Shown here: in pieces, positions 1 through 9,097 of the stretch | Position numbering within the stretch: position 1 is the stretch's first letter | Layout of the letters: every line of letters begins with the position of its first letter | Source of the DNA: an uncultured Nitrososphaeria archaeon | GTDB taxonomy: Archaea; Thermoproteota; Nitrososphaeria_A; Caldarchaeales; Calditenuaceae | Assembly (NCBI GenBank): GCA_964440295.1 | Contig: CAYTRT010000002.1 | Location: 1-52,480 of the forward strand | Direction of reading: 5' to 3' | DNA length: 52,480 nt | The notes under the pieces: generated by a model | Database searches by the model: none | Told to the model about the DNA's origin: nothing | What the model saw: only the letters and a program-made list of their open reading frames with translations | Translations under genes and position numbers: made by a program

Positions 1-45
1 TAAGCATTAATAGCAAGTTATGCGAACCATATATGTGAGTCAATT

Positions 46-480
46 TTGACGCGCGGATACCTCATGCTTGAACATACTAGTGACGCGTACATCGAGGCAT
101 ATGGTAAAGACTTAAGGGAAGCTTTTGAAGAGGCGGGAAAAGCACTCTTCGCCGTTATGATAAGAAATATAGGAGACGTAAAAAAGGAGATCAAAAAAAT
201 TGTCGAGGCCGATGGTATTGATAATTTCTCGCTTTTATACAACTGGCTTGAAAAACTAGTTATTCTATTCGATGTAGAGAAGATTGTTGTTTCTGATATT
301 GATATCAAAGAGATATCTGCAGTTTCTGAGCCATATTATGTAAAAGCCGAGGTGTTCGGCGAAAAATACGACCCTGATAGGCATAAGGCAGGAGTAGACG
401 TTAAGTCGCCTACATATTGGCTAATGGAGTTTGGAGAGAAAAATGGCATTACATTCGTCAGGTTTGTCCTCGACATATAG
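46..480 (+). CDS. archease
   Basis: 144-aa ORF. The N-terminal LEHTSDAYIEAYG motif and the size are typical of archease. The TTG start at 46 keeps the conserved N-terminus. Confidence 0.75.
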   Translation: MTRGYLMLEHTSDAYIEAYGKDLREAFEEAGKALFAVMIRNIGDVKKEIKKIVEADGIDNFSLLYNWLEKLVILFDVEKIVVSDIDIKEISAVSEPYYVKAEVFGEKYDPDRHKAGVDVKSPTYWLMEFGEKNGITFVRFVLDI

Positions 481-1348
481 AATTGTCTGGGCCCCGAAAA
501 GACAATCGCCGCCTATACATGTATTGCTGCCGAGCAATTTTGCGTCAGATGCGGCCCATCTCAGAGAGAAGACTCTAAGAATAGGCCAGCTCTGCAGAGC
601 ATTAGCAATATTTCGAGTCGAAAAGGCAATAATTTATCATGAAGATCCAAAAAATCCTGATCCTTCGGCTAAACTGATTAAAACCATATTTGACTATATG
701 AACACGGCGCCCTACCTCAGAAAGAGGCTTTATCCAGTCACGCCTGAGCTTAGATTTGCTGGACTCCTGCCTCCACTAAACATCCCTAGCCATCCATCTT
801 CAGACGGCCCACCCATTGAAAATTTTGAATTAAGGCAAGGGTTAGTTGTTAAAAAGGGATCGGCCTACTTTGTTGATGCGGGGATTCAAAAACCAATTAA
901 ACTGAAAAACCCAAGACGTCCAGGCAGTAAGGTATTACTGCTAAGCGGGAAGATCAAGGGTAGACTCAAATTCAAGCTGTTATCAAAATCAAAGCTTGAA
1001 TTTTTTACAGGTATAACTACGCAGATACATCAGGGAGATTTAAAAGAAGTGCTGAAATCGTATAGTTATAAAATTGCTACTAGTAGAAAAGGAATTTCCA
1101 TAGTAGATGTTGTGGAAAGATTAAAAACAGGCATCGCTGCGGTTAAGTCACCGATCTGTATTGCTTTTGGCTCATACAAAAAAGGCTTATACGAGATAGC
1201 CGAGGGTCAAGGATACAATCTTGATGATCTTTTCAGCGTCGTCGTAAACTTTATACCAGATCAGGGCGTCAGGACTGTGAGGACGGAAGAGGCGGTTTAT
1301 GCATCACTCTCCATTATAAATTATCTATTATCATCGCTCAGAAACTAA
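431..1348 (+). CDS. SPOUT-type RNA methyltransferase (DUF171/Methyltrn_RNA_3-like)
   Basis: The C-terminal knot-like motif (CIAFGSYKKGL...VVNFIPDQGVRTVRTEEAVYASL) is typical of this SPOUT family. The start is uncertain because the ORF overlaps archease by 50 nt. Confidence 0.55.
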   Translation: MERKMALHSSGLSSTYRIVWAPKRQSPPIHVLLPSNFASDAAHLREKTLRIGQLCRALAIFRVEKAIIYHEDPKNPDPSAKLIKTIFDYMNTAPYLRKRLYPVTPELRFAGLLPPLNIPSHPSSDGPPIENFELRQGLVVKKGSAYFVDAGIQKPIKLKNPRRPGSKVLLLSGKIKGRLKFKLLSKSKLEFFTGITTQIHQGDLKEVLKSYSYKIATSRKGISIVDVVERLKTGIAAVKSPICIAFGSYKKGLYEIAEGQGYNLDDLFSVVVNFIPDQGVRTVRTEEAVYASLSIINYLLSSLRN

Positions 1349-1432
1349 ATGCCGTATCGTCGAACTAAAGCCAATTACTCGTGCGAGGTAGGAAAACATC
1401 TATATCGACGATTGTACTAATTATTCTTAGAC

Positions 1433-1801
1433 GTGGAGGCTCCTACAGTTAGTCCCATCGGTGGAATTACACTCATAACTATATTCATCAGTTCTTTTTT
1501 GATTTTCCTCACGATGACTAGGAGATTAAAAATAAAAACTGCAAAAGCACTTACTTCTCCTAGGTATTATCTTTCCGATATTGCCTCCTATATTACGGGG
1601 GATGAGAAAAACTTCCCTATTAGGGCTTTATTCTTCATGATAGACAGTCTAGCAGAATTAGGAATAATTAAGAGGGAGGCCGTAATTAGGGCTAAACTAT
1701 ACGCATATTTAATTTCGATGCTTCCAATTCCAAAAAATTACAAGCGCGCGGCTCTCAGCAGAATTGTTATGCTGCCTAGCGGTGAGCTCACCAATGGGTA
1801 A
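1433..1801 (+). CDS. small membrane protein, hypothetical
   Basis: GTG-start ORF with one N-terminal hydrophobic helix. Its stop overlaps the moxR ATG at 1794 by 8 nt. I recognise no family. Confidence 0.4.
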   Translation: MEAPTVSPIGGITLITIFISSFLIFLTMTRRLKIKTAKALTSPRYYLSDIASYITGDEKNFPIRALFFMIDSLAELGIIKREAVIRAKLYAYLISMLPIPKNYKRAALSRIVMLPSGELTNG

Positions 1802-2744
1802 ACTAGAATGGGTAAAAGAACTTGCGAGAGACGTAGCCACCGAGCTGAGAAAGGCTATCATAGGTCTTGAGGAAGCGATAAATGCATTAATGATAGCGAC
1901 GCTCGCTGAGGGGCATGTTCTTATCGAGGGAGTACCGGGACTAGCAAAGACTTACTTAGCTAAATACTTCGCCAAAACTCTAAACATGGAATTTAAGAGA
2001 ATACAATTCACAAGCGATCTCCTACCTTCCGATATTCTAGGTACTATGGTGTATGATAGAAAGACAGGCGAGTTTATCTTTAGAAAAGGCCCGATATTCT
2101 CGAATGTTGTTCTAGCTGATGAGATAAACAGAGGTGCACCTAGGACGCAGTCAGCACTACTAGAAGCTATGCAGGAGCGACAAGTAACAATTGAAGGAGT
2201 CACCTACAATCTGCCGAGACCATTTGTTGTGATTGCGACCCAAAATCCAATCGAGCTAGAGGGTACTTACCCACTACCGGAGGCAGAACTTGACAGATTC
2301 CTCCTGAGAGTCTTAGTAAGTCATCCTTCAAGAATTGAGGAAGTAGAAATACTAAAATTAAAAAATGTCTCCGGCGAGGACGTAGACATAAACCCAGTAA
2401 CTACCCGGGACAAAATTGCAGAAGCAATTAAAGAGGTGCGAGGTGTACATGTTGATGAGGATGTTATGCAGTACATTGTTGACATAGTAAGAAGGACTAG
2501 AGAAGATCCCCGTGTATTTTTTGGCGCCAGCACTAGGGGAGAAGTAGCATTGCTATATGCGTCTAAGGCCACTGCCGCGATATTTGGATACGACTTCGTC
2601 ACACCAGATCATGTTAAATATGTAGCGCCATTAGTCCTTAATCATAGAATTATCGCTAAAACAACATCAAATACCAATTTTAGGGCAAACCCACAAATCG
2701 ACATAGTTAAAGAAATAATAAAAACGGTGACTCCGCCACGTTAA
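1794..2744 (+). CDS. MoxR-family AAA+ ATPase
   Basis: Walker A is GVPGLAKT. Walker B/sensor is VVLADEINRGAPRTQSALLEAMQERQVTI, a MoxR hallmark. The ATG at 1794 is in frame with the track ORF 1764-2744. Confidence 0.9.
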   Translation: MGKLEWVKELARDVATELRKAIIGLEEAINALMIATLAEGHVLIEGVPGLAKTYLAKYFAKTLNMEFKRIQFTSDLLPSDILGTMVYDRKTGEFIFRKGPIFSNVVLADEINRGAPRTQSALLEAMQERQVTIEGVTYNLPRPFVVIATQNPIELEGTYPLPEAELDRFLLRVLVSHPSRIEEVEILKLKNVSGEDVDINPVTTRDKIAEAIKEVRGVHVDEDVMQYIVDIVRRTREDPRVFFGASTRGEVALLYASKATAAIFGYDFVTPDHVKYVAPLVLNHRIIAKTTSNTNFRANPQIDIVKEIIKTVTPPR

Positions 2745-2842
2745 TACTTACTTCTAGAGGATTCCTGATAATAATTGAAAGTTCAATCGCAATTCTATTA
2801 ACATCTACATTTCTATACACTCCACAGATATTTTTATTAACA

Positions 2843-4048
2843 GTGTTTATTCATTTCTTCATAGTATCATATATATTCATCAATTTTTACGAGCTAAAAT
2901 CATATTCACCACAAGCATTCACGGCTAAAAGAGTCATCTCATTCAATGTTGTTCCTCCTGAGTCTTTATTCGAGATCTCAGTAATTACTTCTTCGAAGAT
3001 TAAAAATAGCGTGGTGGCAGAGCTGAGGGAAGACATCCCTGAAGGAGTTGTTTTTGTCGAGGGAACAGTGATTAAACAAGGCTTATTAGATTCTAACTAC
3101 GAGATTAAAATTGATTATAGGGCAAAATTATTAAGTAATTCTAGGATCAGCATCTTCAAAAACGTAGATCTAATTCTTTATGACGCATTGATGCTTGTTG
3201 GTCGAAAGATAAAGCTTGAGGCGCCCGGAGAGGTATATTCTTCGGAGATACTTTTAGAGTCATCAAGAACGCAGACGATTATGAGGGATCGCATAGCTAA
3301 TCCGCCCATAGGAATAGGCACCAACCCATTCATTGGACACGACGAGGAATTCATTAATATTAAGACATATGAAGAGGGAGACAGTATTCGCTATATACAT
3401 TGGAAAAAGACTGCTACGCTGCAAACAGACGACTTACTAGTAAAAAAGTTTGAAAAACTTGGGGAGAAAAAGATATCAATAGTCGTGGACTGTTCGCCCT
3501 CACTTAATGCGGGAATGATTAATTCATATTTTGACGAGGTTGTTTCAGCGGTACAGACGATTACTAGGGCTGCGCTAGATTCAGGCAATGTTGTAAAGAT
3601 TTATTTGCTTAACCCAGACATCCCCATTCAACATCTTAGAAGGACGACAATACGTAATTTGCAAGACGCTAGGCTCAAAACAGCGATGATATTTCCGGTA
3701 AGTCAGGGAGCACCATCATTTATTAACGAATTATTCTCTGAAGAGCTCCAAAAAGGTTCACATGTCGTGATATTTACAAATCCTCCTACTATAAATGACA
3801 AAAACTTGAAATATATGATTAGTAAAGCGATTGCTAAGAATTGTAAAGTCATGACATTCATGCCACTGATACAAGAATATTATCAAGTGAAGTCAAATAA
3901 TTTTGATTTGACTCAGCTTTTAAAAATCGATAATTTATTAAAACAGAGGTGGGCATCTTCGTTTGGAGAAAAAATACACGTGTTTTACATCTCACCCACT
4001 TCCTACATGCTTGATATTAAGAGGATATTTATGAGGAGGTATGTATGA
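2843..4048 (+). CDS. DUF58 family protein with VWA-like MIDAS motif
   Basis: Carries the DUF58 signature IHWKKTATLQTDDLLVKKFE and a DxSxS motif (VVDCSPS). It follows MoxR, which is the usual pairing. The true start may lie upstream near 2744 (see findings). Confidence 0.8.
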   Translation: MFIHFFIVSYIFINFYELKSYSPQAFTAKRVISFNVVPPESLFEISVITSSKIKNSVVAELREDIPEGVVFVEGTVIKQGLLDSNYEIKIDYRAKLLSNSRISIFKNVDLILYDALMLVGRKIKLEAPGEVYSSEILLESSRTQTIMRDRIANPPIGIGTNPFIGHDEEFINIKTYEEGDSIRYIHWKKTATLQTDDLLVKKFEKLGEKKISIVVDCSPSLNAGMINSYFDEVVSAVQTITRAALDSGNVVKIYLLNPDIPIQHLRRTTIRNLQDARLKTAMIFPVSQGAPSFINELFSEELQKGSHVVIFTNPPTINDKNLKYMISKAIAKNCKVMTFMPLIQEYYQVKSNNFDLTQLLKIDNLLKQRWASSFGEKIHVFYISPTSYMLDIKRIFMRRYV

Positions 4049-4773
4049 GATTGCTTAACAAGGCTAGATATGCCATAAGCTTTCTGTCGTCAATATTGAT
4101 AATAATTTATTTGTTGTCTGTAGTATTTAGAAATATTCAGTTAACGCCTTTTATTGTCCTTGGTCTTATCTCAATTCTCGCGATAATGCTACCTGATAAG
4201 TATCAACACATAACCCTTTTTTTAATTTATGCACCCGCAACGTACTCTCTATATGAGTTGGTAGTCAATGACGAGTTCTATATCTTGATTGAGCTAACTA
4301 CAGGATACTTGCTTAGCCTTCCGATATTATTCGTTTATGGATATTACAAATCAAATACTCCAACCTCTGTCTATTCAAACTACATTGGTTCCTGCTTTGC
4401 AAGCTTGTTAACATTGAATGCGGTGCTTAACTCGGATGGAACAGCCATCACGATATTTTATAATTACTTGTTCGGAGTCATTAAAAGAGCAGCGTTAAGC
4501 TCAGAAGTAATAAATCAATTATCTCTTCCATTTCTTGCACCACTGTCAGCAATATCTGGCATGGCATTTTGTTATTATTTATTTTTTAGAGGTATGACAT
4601 ATCCTATTAAATTCAACGAAAAGGTATTAGTGACTTCATTAGTGATAAGTATTTCTTTGGTAGGAATCATTGTTTTTTACTCCATGTTTTTTGTAGACTC
4701 GATTGCCTTAGGATTGATTTTGTCTTCTATTAGCCTTGTAGCCATTTCGGCATATACACGTGCAACGAAATGA
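4045..4773 (+). CDS. polytopic membrane protein, hypothetical
   Basis: 242 aa, about 7 hydrophobic helices. ATGA overlaps join it to both neighbours. Confidence 0.6.
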   Translation: MRLLNKARYAISFLSSILIIIYLLSVVFRNIQLTPFIVLGLISILAIMLPDKYQHITLFLIYAPATYSLYELVVNDEFYILIELTTGYLLSLPILFVYGYYKSNTPTSVYSNYIGSCFASLLTLNAVLNSDGTAITIFYNYLFGVIKRAALSSEVINQLSLPFLAPLSAISGMAFCYYLFFRGMTYPIKFNEKVLVTSLVISISLVGIIVFYSMFFVDSIALGLILSSISLVAISAYTRATK

Positions 4774-6293
4774 GCGGAAAAATCCTTGGTTCAGCCCTGC
4801 TAATTCTAGTTTTTTTGACCAACATCATTCATCCAGCAATTTCTCTGGAAGTGGAGGCGCTTCTTGTTGGATATGGCGGGGAAAGGATGCTTCCATTTGT
4901 AGATGGAGCCACTTTAACCTACTTCGTTGGCGAAGATTTAGAGCTAAAGTCAATTGGCTCATCTACAGATATAAAACTCATAGACCCGACAAATGCTGAG
5001 CATAATTATTTCTTAGATGAGGGGAAAAAATTGAAGATATTAACGTTTAAAAGAGAGGATGTTGGAATTTGGCTGCTAAAGCACCACAGTCTAGGGACAA
5101 TGATCGTGAGGGTAGTTGATAATTATTCCTACAAAGAAGGATATATAATAGTTCAGAAACTCAGTGATGAGAATTTTAGGCTGTCGATTAAAGGACCAAT
5201 ATTTATGGGATTCATAACCAGCAGTGCGACAAATGCCAAAATAATAAATGCTGCGAGCATTCTGTCTGTTACTATTCCGCAGGGGACAACTTATGCAAGA
5301 ATAACGTTAGAATATAATGAGACCGTTGAACTGGATGGATGGATAGGCAGCGTCCAGTACCGTTATAGGACCGACTCTATAGTGACGGAACACGTTTACA
5401 GGTTTAATAGACCTACAGCAAGCTCACTAATTGTTGATATAGAAATCCCGGATATAGGAAAAGTAGGAAAAGGCGGAATAATCCCGCTTAGAGTAGGATC
5501 AATCCGGCTAAAGGTTGTATGCAGTGGACCAGGAACTACATCGTACAACAATATCGAGGAATTACTAATCGTGCCCAAGATGGTTAATCTACCCTCGATG
5601 ACCAGAACAATCGAGGTAACTTTAGATGATTTGCTGAGCCAAAGCGTGAAAATCGCCTATTTTAACTCCTCGTCCAACAAGGTCGATATTAAGGAAGTCA
5701 AAATTCCCATTTATGAGTTTGTAGTTTTCGATAAGGCGTTATCTAAATTTATTGATGATTACGTCGTGAGTGTAGATGGCATGGTTTCAAGCAGAGTCGG
5801 ATATAAAACCTACCTTATCCCATCAGTGCTGCCAGTATTTGATAACGCAGATAAAGAACATGTGACAATAAATCCTAGGCTGTTGGTCTATTCTATTGAT
5901 TTTTCACCCGTCGTAAAAAATACATTCCTAAGAAGTCATGATGTCAGCATTATAACCATTGAAAGTAAGGAGGTTCTCATAACCGTGAAACATGCGAGTG
6001 GAACATTAATAAGCAATGCCGTACTCTTGATAAACTCCTCAATGTACTCAGTTATTAATGGCAGTAAGACGATTAGAATGCCAGTCTCAACTTATAATTT
6101 TAGTGCAATAACCGAGGTCGGCCAGTCATCGTTAATTGTAGATATATCAAAAACGTCCAATGTTCAATTAATAATTAGGAGCCTGCTGCCAATTACTTTA
6201 GCAATGATTATTATATCGAGCTTCCAGGGAGCATTGCTCATACATCTAGTTCTTAGGCTCGTAAAGCTGAAAAGAAGGTTAAAAATAAATTAA
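4770..6293 (+). CDS. secreted, C-terminally membrane-anchored protein, hypothetical
   Basis: N-terminal signal-like helix (ALLILVFLTNIIHPAIS), a beta-rich body, and a C-terminal TM plus basic tail (LVLRLVKLKRRLKIN). Confidence 0.6.
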   Translation: MSGKILGSALLILVFLTNIIHPAISLEVEALLVGYGGERMLPFVDGATLTYFVGEDLELKSIGSSTDIKLIDPTNAEHNYFLDEGKKLKILTFKREDVGIWLLKHHSLGTMIVRVVDNYSYKEGYIIVQKLSDENFRLSIKGPIFMGFITSSATNAKIINAASILSVTIPQGTTYARITLEYNETVELDGWIGSVQYRYRTDSIVTEHVYRFNRPTASSLIVDIEIPDIGKVGKGGIIPLRVGSIRLKVVCSGPGTTSYNNIEELLIVPKMVNLPSMTRTIEVTLDDLLSQSVKIAYFNSSSNKVDIKEVKIPIYEFVVFDKALSKFIDDYVVSVDGMVSSRVGYKTYLIPSVLPVFDNADKEHVTINPRLLVYSIDFSPVVKNTFLRSHDVSIITIESKEVLITVKHASGTLISNAVLLINSSMYSVINGSKTIRMPVSTYNFSAITEVGQSSLIVDISKTSNVQLIIRSLLPITLAMIIISSFQGALLIHLVLRLVKLKRRLKIN

Positions 6294-6302
6294 TCCATCA
6301 CC

Positions 6303-6312
6303 TATTAAATAA
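6303..6312 (+). promoter_or_regulatory. TATA-like box upstream of tRNA-Ser
   Basis: TATTAAATAA sits about 17-26 nt upstream of tRNA position 1. This matches archaeal TATA spacing. Confidence 0.35.
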
Positions 6313-6328
6313 TTGGAGTGAATTCTAT

Positions 6329-6442
6329 GCCGGGGTCCCATAACCAGGTAGTGGGGCGGCCTCGAGATCAAAACTAGTCCTGGCCAGACGCGTAAGCCGC
6401 TGCCCCAAAAGGGGCGTGTGGGTTCAAATCCCACCCCCGGCG
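6329..6442 (+). tRNA. tRNA-Ser (anticodon CGA) with a canonical-position intron of about 28 nt
   Basis: Acceptor GCCGGGG/CCCCGGC. T-arm GTGGG-TTCAAAT-CCCAC. Anticodon stem GCGGC (6356-6360)/GCCGC (6396-6400) with loop CU-CGA-G. Long variable arm GCCCC-AAAA-GGGGC (class II). The intron is about 6367/8-6394/5. Confidence 0.85.
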
Positions 6443-6510
6443 CTCACGACAATGCGTTAGGGAAATAACGACTCATCAAGGCTTCCTTTATTCATGTCAG
6501 ATGACTATCG

Positions 6511-7626
6511 TCAAGCCGATTCAACGTATTTGCTTAGCCTGGCAATTGCTAAGAGTTTTTGCTTATCGCCTATTTTTGAGCTTTCGATCGCGTCTCTTAA
6601 CAGCTCTGCCTCGCGCCTCATCCTCTTCCGGTCAACCATATATGGCCAGCCTGACTTTGTCCCGTGCGCGTATGTATATTTAACCGGATCCCGCCAGGAA
6701 GCATGTGCACCGTATATGAGGCACGAAATATATGCAAGTCCCCTAATAGTTGCTGGGCCGACGCGATCAGCTAGCAAGAGTTCTTCAAAATTATTAACCT
6801 CATTTTTCAGCCTCATTAAAACATTTTGATCGAACTTTCTAGGAGGCATTAAGTATCGGGGAACGCTCCGGCAAAGATCGATTCTCTCGACCTCTAGTTT
6901 TTCTAGACATGTTTGTCCCTTGATTTCTCTCCAAATTCTATCCAAATCGCTCTGTAATTGAGACGGCGACTGGTCGCGAATGATGTCTAGAGATGTTTTT
7001 CTACACTCCTCTGAAGCCCGATTTACCAAGTCTAATACCATCTCAGCCGTGTTATCAGACTTTATACTTGTATGTGGCTCCTCCACTGATAAGTTGTCTG
7101 AGATCCAGTGATATCTTCGAGCAGTCTTGTCCGTTAGATTCATACCTTGATTAATTATGACATACCTATTGCTATCTGAGATTACTATTGAGTGAAAGTA
7201 AATGTCGTAGGAGTCTTGTAAGGCGTTGTTATCTACTCTACAAGTTAGTTTTGAAGATCTCATGAGGGCATATTTTTGATCGGTCCCTATGCGGACCTTC
7301 CTTTCAAGTTGATTAACTTCTTCACTTACTTTCCTCATATCGTTTCCTTTTCCCCCAAGAATCATTATTCCGAGGCTGCTGTCGTTCAGGGCCCTCTTAA
7401 GTGCGAGCAGTGTTATTGTCGTTTGTCCGCTAGTGTTCCATTCAAATCCTAAGACGCATGCAAGACAGCTAAACCAGTGCGTATCTGCCAACCTGTTTAT
7501 GAGCGCGTCAGCACCATATTCATGAACTATGCATCTAGCGATTTCTCTACCAAGCATCACCATCTCCTCAAAATGGGGCACGTGGCCATCCACTAGTCTC
7601 AGCCTAGCCTCGCCTACTCTCCTCAC
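6511..7626 (-). CDS. conserved hypothetical protein (DUF763-like)
   Basis: 371-aa ORF. It resembles the DUF763 family from memory (QGMN...ARRYHW, C-terminal VGPATIRGLA HhH-like motif). Function unknown. Confidence 0.5.
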   Translation of the reverse strand: MRRVGEARLRLVDGHVPHFEEMVMLGREIARCIVHEYGADALINRLADTHWFSCLACVLGFEWNTSGQTTITLLALKRALNDSSLGIMILGGKGNDMRKVSEEVNQLERKVRIGTDQKYALMRSSKLTCRVDNNALQDSYDIYFHSIVISDSNRYVIINQGMNLTDKTARRYHWISDNLSVEEPHTSIKSDNTAEMVLDLVNRASEECRKTSLDIIRDQSPSQLQSDLDRIWREIKGQTCLEKLEVERIDLCRSVPRYLMPPRKFDQNVLMRLKNEVNNFEELLLADRVGPATIRGLAYISCLIYGAHASWRDPVKYTYAHGTKSGWPYMVDRKRMRREAELLRDAIESSKIGDKQKLLAIARLSKYVESA

Positions 7627-7747
7627 AGTCCCAATAATATATGGCGGAGCCTACTTTAATTCATTACACTACATAAATGAGCACCTCTAAAACGAAGAGA
7701 TATTTACCGCAATCCATAAATAAGAAATAAAGTTATAGTTCTGCGAA

Positions 7748-9016
7748 ATGAAGATAAACTTTAGCGTTAGGTGCGTATCTTGCGGCTTAGAGATAGATCA
7801 ACGAGACCCGAGCCTGAAGTGCCCAAGATGCAAATCACAGCTTGTGGTTAATTACGATTACGAGGCCATCAAGGAGAAAGCAAAAGAGATATTTAACGGA
7901 CATGTATCAACGATATGGAAATACAGACCACTACTACCACTCATAGACGATAGAAACATCGTTAGTATAGGTGAGGGAGGAACCAAGATATTAAGAGCGA
8001 GCAAGCTGGAGTCTCATTTCGGCGTCAAAAAACTTTTACTAAAAGTAGAAGCATGGAATCCGACAGGTTCCCAGAAAGACAGACAGCTGTCGCTGTCGAT
8101 ATCTAGAGGACTTGAACTGGGTTATAAAGTCTCAATTACGTCTTCTTCAGGAAACGTCGGAGCATCTGTCGCGGCATATTCTTCAAAAGCATCAATTATA
8201 CCTCTCATCATGGTGCCGAACATAGCTCCTGAAGAGAAGCTGGTACAGATAAGAATGTATGGCGGAATAATAATCATGATAGATACTCCGAGCAATATTG
8301 AGGTAGCAGCTTTGGTCGACAAAGTCGTCGAGAAGTTAAAGATATATGACGTGGTGACGGCCGGTACCCATAATCCCTACACTGTAGAGGGGGGCAGAAC
8401 TATTTCTTATGAGATCTTTGAACAATTAGGACAGTTACCAGACGTGGTCATAGCGCCTGTGGGTGGCGGAGGACTCATAGGATCGATGTGGAAAGGATTC
8501 AGAGAATTAGAGACGCTAGGACTCGTAAGTCGTGATCAATTACCAAGAATGATAGGCGTGCAGGCTTCTGGCTGCTCACCCTTCGTCAGGGCAATAAAAG
8601 AGAACTGGAGCCTTGAGGCCGTATTCTCGAATCCGTGGGGCGAGATCAAGACTATTTGTAACGCAATTGCCGATACAATTCCTCTAGACGCGCTTTTTGC
8701 ATTGCCGGCAGTTAGGGAAAGCGGAGGAACTGCAATAGCAGTAAGCGACGATGAAACATTGATGGCGGGGTACCAGTTATCATCAATGGAGGGAGTATTC
8801 GCTGAGCCCTCAAGCTCAACCACGATAGCAGCACTAAAAAAGCTGAAAGATGAAAAAATCATTGATAGAGATGAAACAGTTTTGTGCATGATAACGGGTA
8901 CTGGCTTTAAGGATCTACGCAGCATATCGGGAATTAAAGGTAGGTTCGTTAAGCTTTCTCCAGACCTCGACATTGTGTTGAGTTATATTAGTCGTGAAAT
9001 ACTGCATGTGCAGTAG
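7748..9016 (+). CDS. thrC: threonine synthase-like PLP enzyme
   Basis: N-terminal Zn-ribbon (CVSCG...CPRCKS), PLP-lysine region NPTGSQKDR, and a GGGGLIG glycine loop. Confidence 0.75.
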   Translation: MKINFSVRCVSCGLEIDQRDPSLKCPRCKSQLVVNYDYEAIKEKAKEIFNGHVSTIWKYRPLLPLIDDRNIVSIGEGGTKILRASKLESHFGVKKLLLKVEAWNPTGSQKDRQLSLSISRGLELGYKVSITSSSGNVGASVAAYSSKASIIPLIMVPNIAPEEKLVQIRMYGGIIIMIDTPSNIEVAALVDKVVEKLKIYDVVTAGTHNPYTVEGGRTISYEIFEQLGQLPDVVIAPVGGGGLIGSMWKGFRELETLGLVSRDQLPRMIGVQASGCSPFVRAIKENWSLEAVFSNPWGEIKTICNAIADTIPLDALFALPAVRESGGTAIAVSDDETLMAGYQLSSMEGVFAEPSSSTTIAALKKLKDEKIIDRDETVLCMITGTGFKDLRSISGIKGRFVKLSPDLDIVLSYISREILHVQ

Positions 9017-9097
9017 TACTTATTTTTGCTAAACTTTCCTGGAAGAATTGCTTGCTATTATAAACTTTATATCTTTGCACTTATTTAATTTCATGGT

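Noticed and set aside
6494-6829. Two plus-strand ORFs (6494-6829 and 6501-6683) immediately downstream of tRNA-Ser. I considered them as possible remnants of an integrated element at a tRNA att site.
   Set aside because: Both lie entirely antisense to the well-formed 371-aa DUF763-like gene and have low-complexity Ser/Leu-rich translations. I saw no integrase motifs, and I did not notice a repeat of the tRNA 3' half elsewhere in the window.
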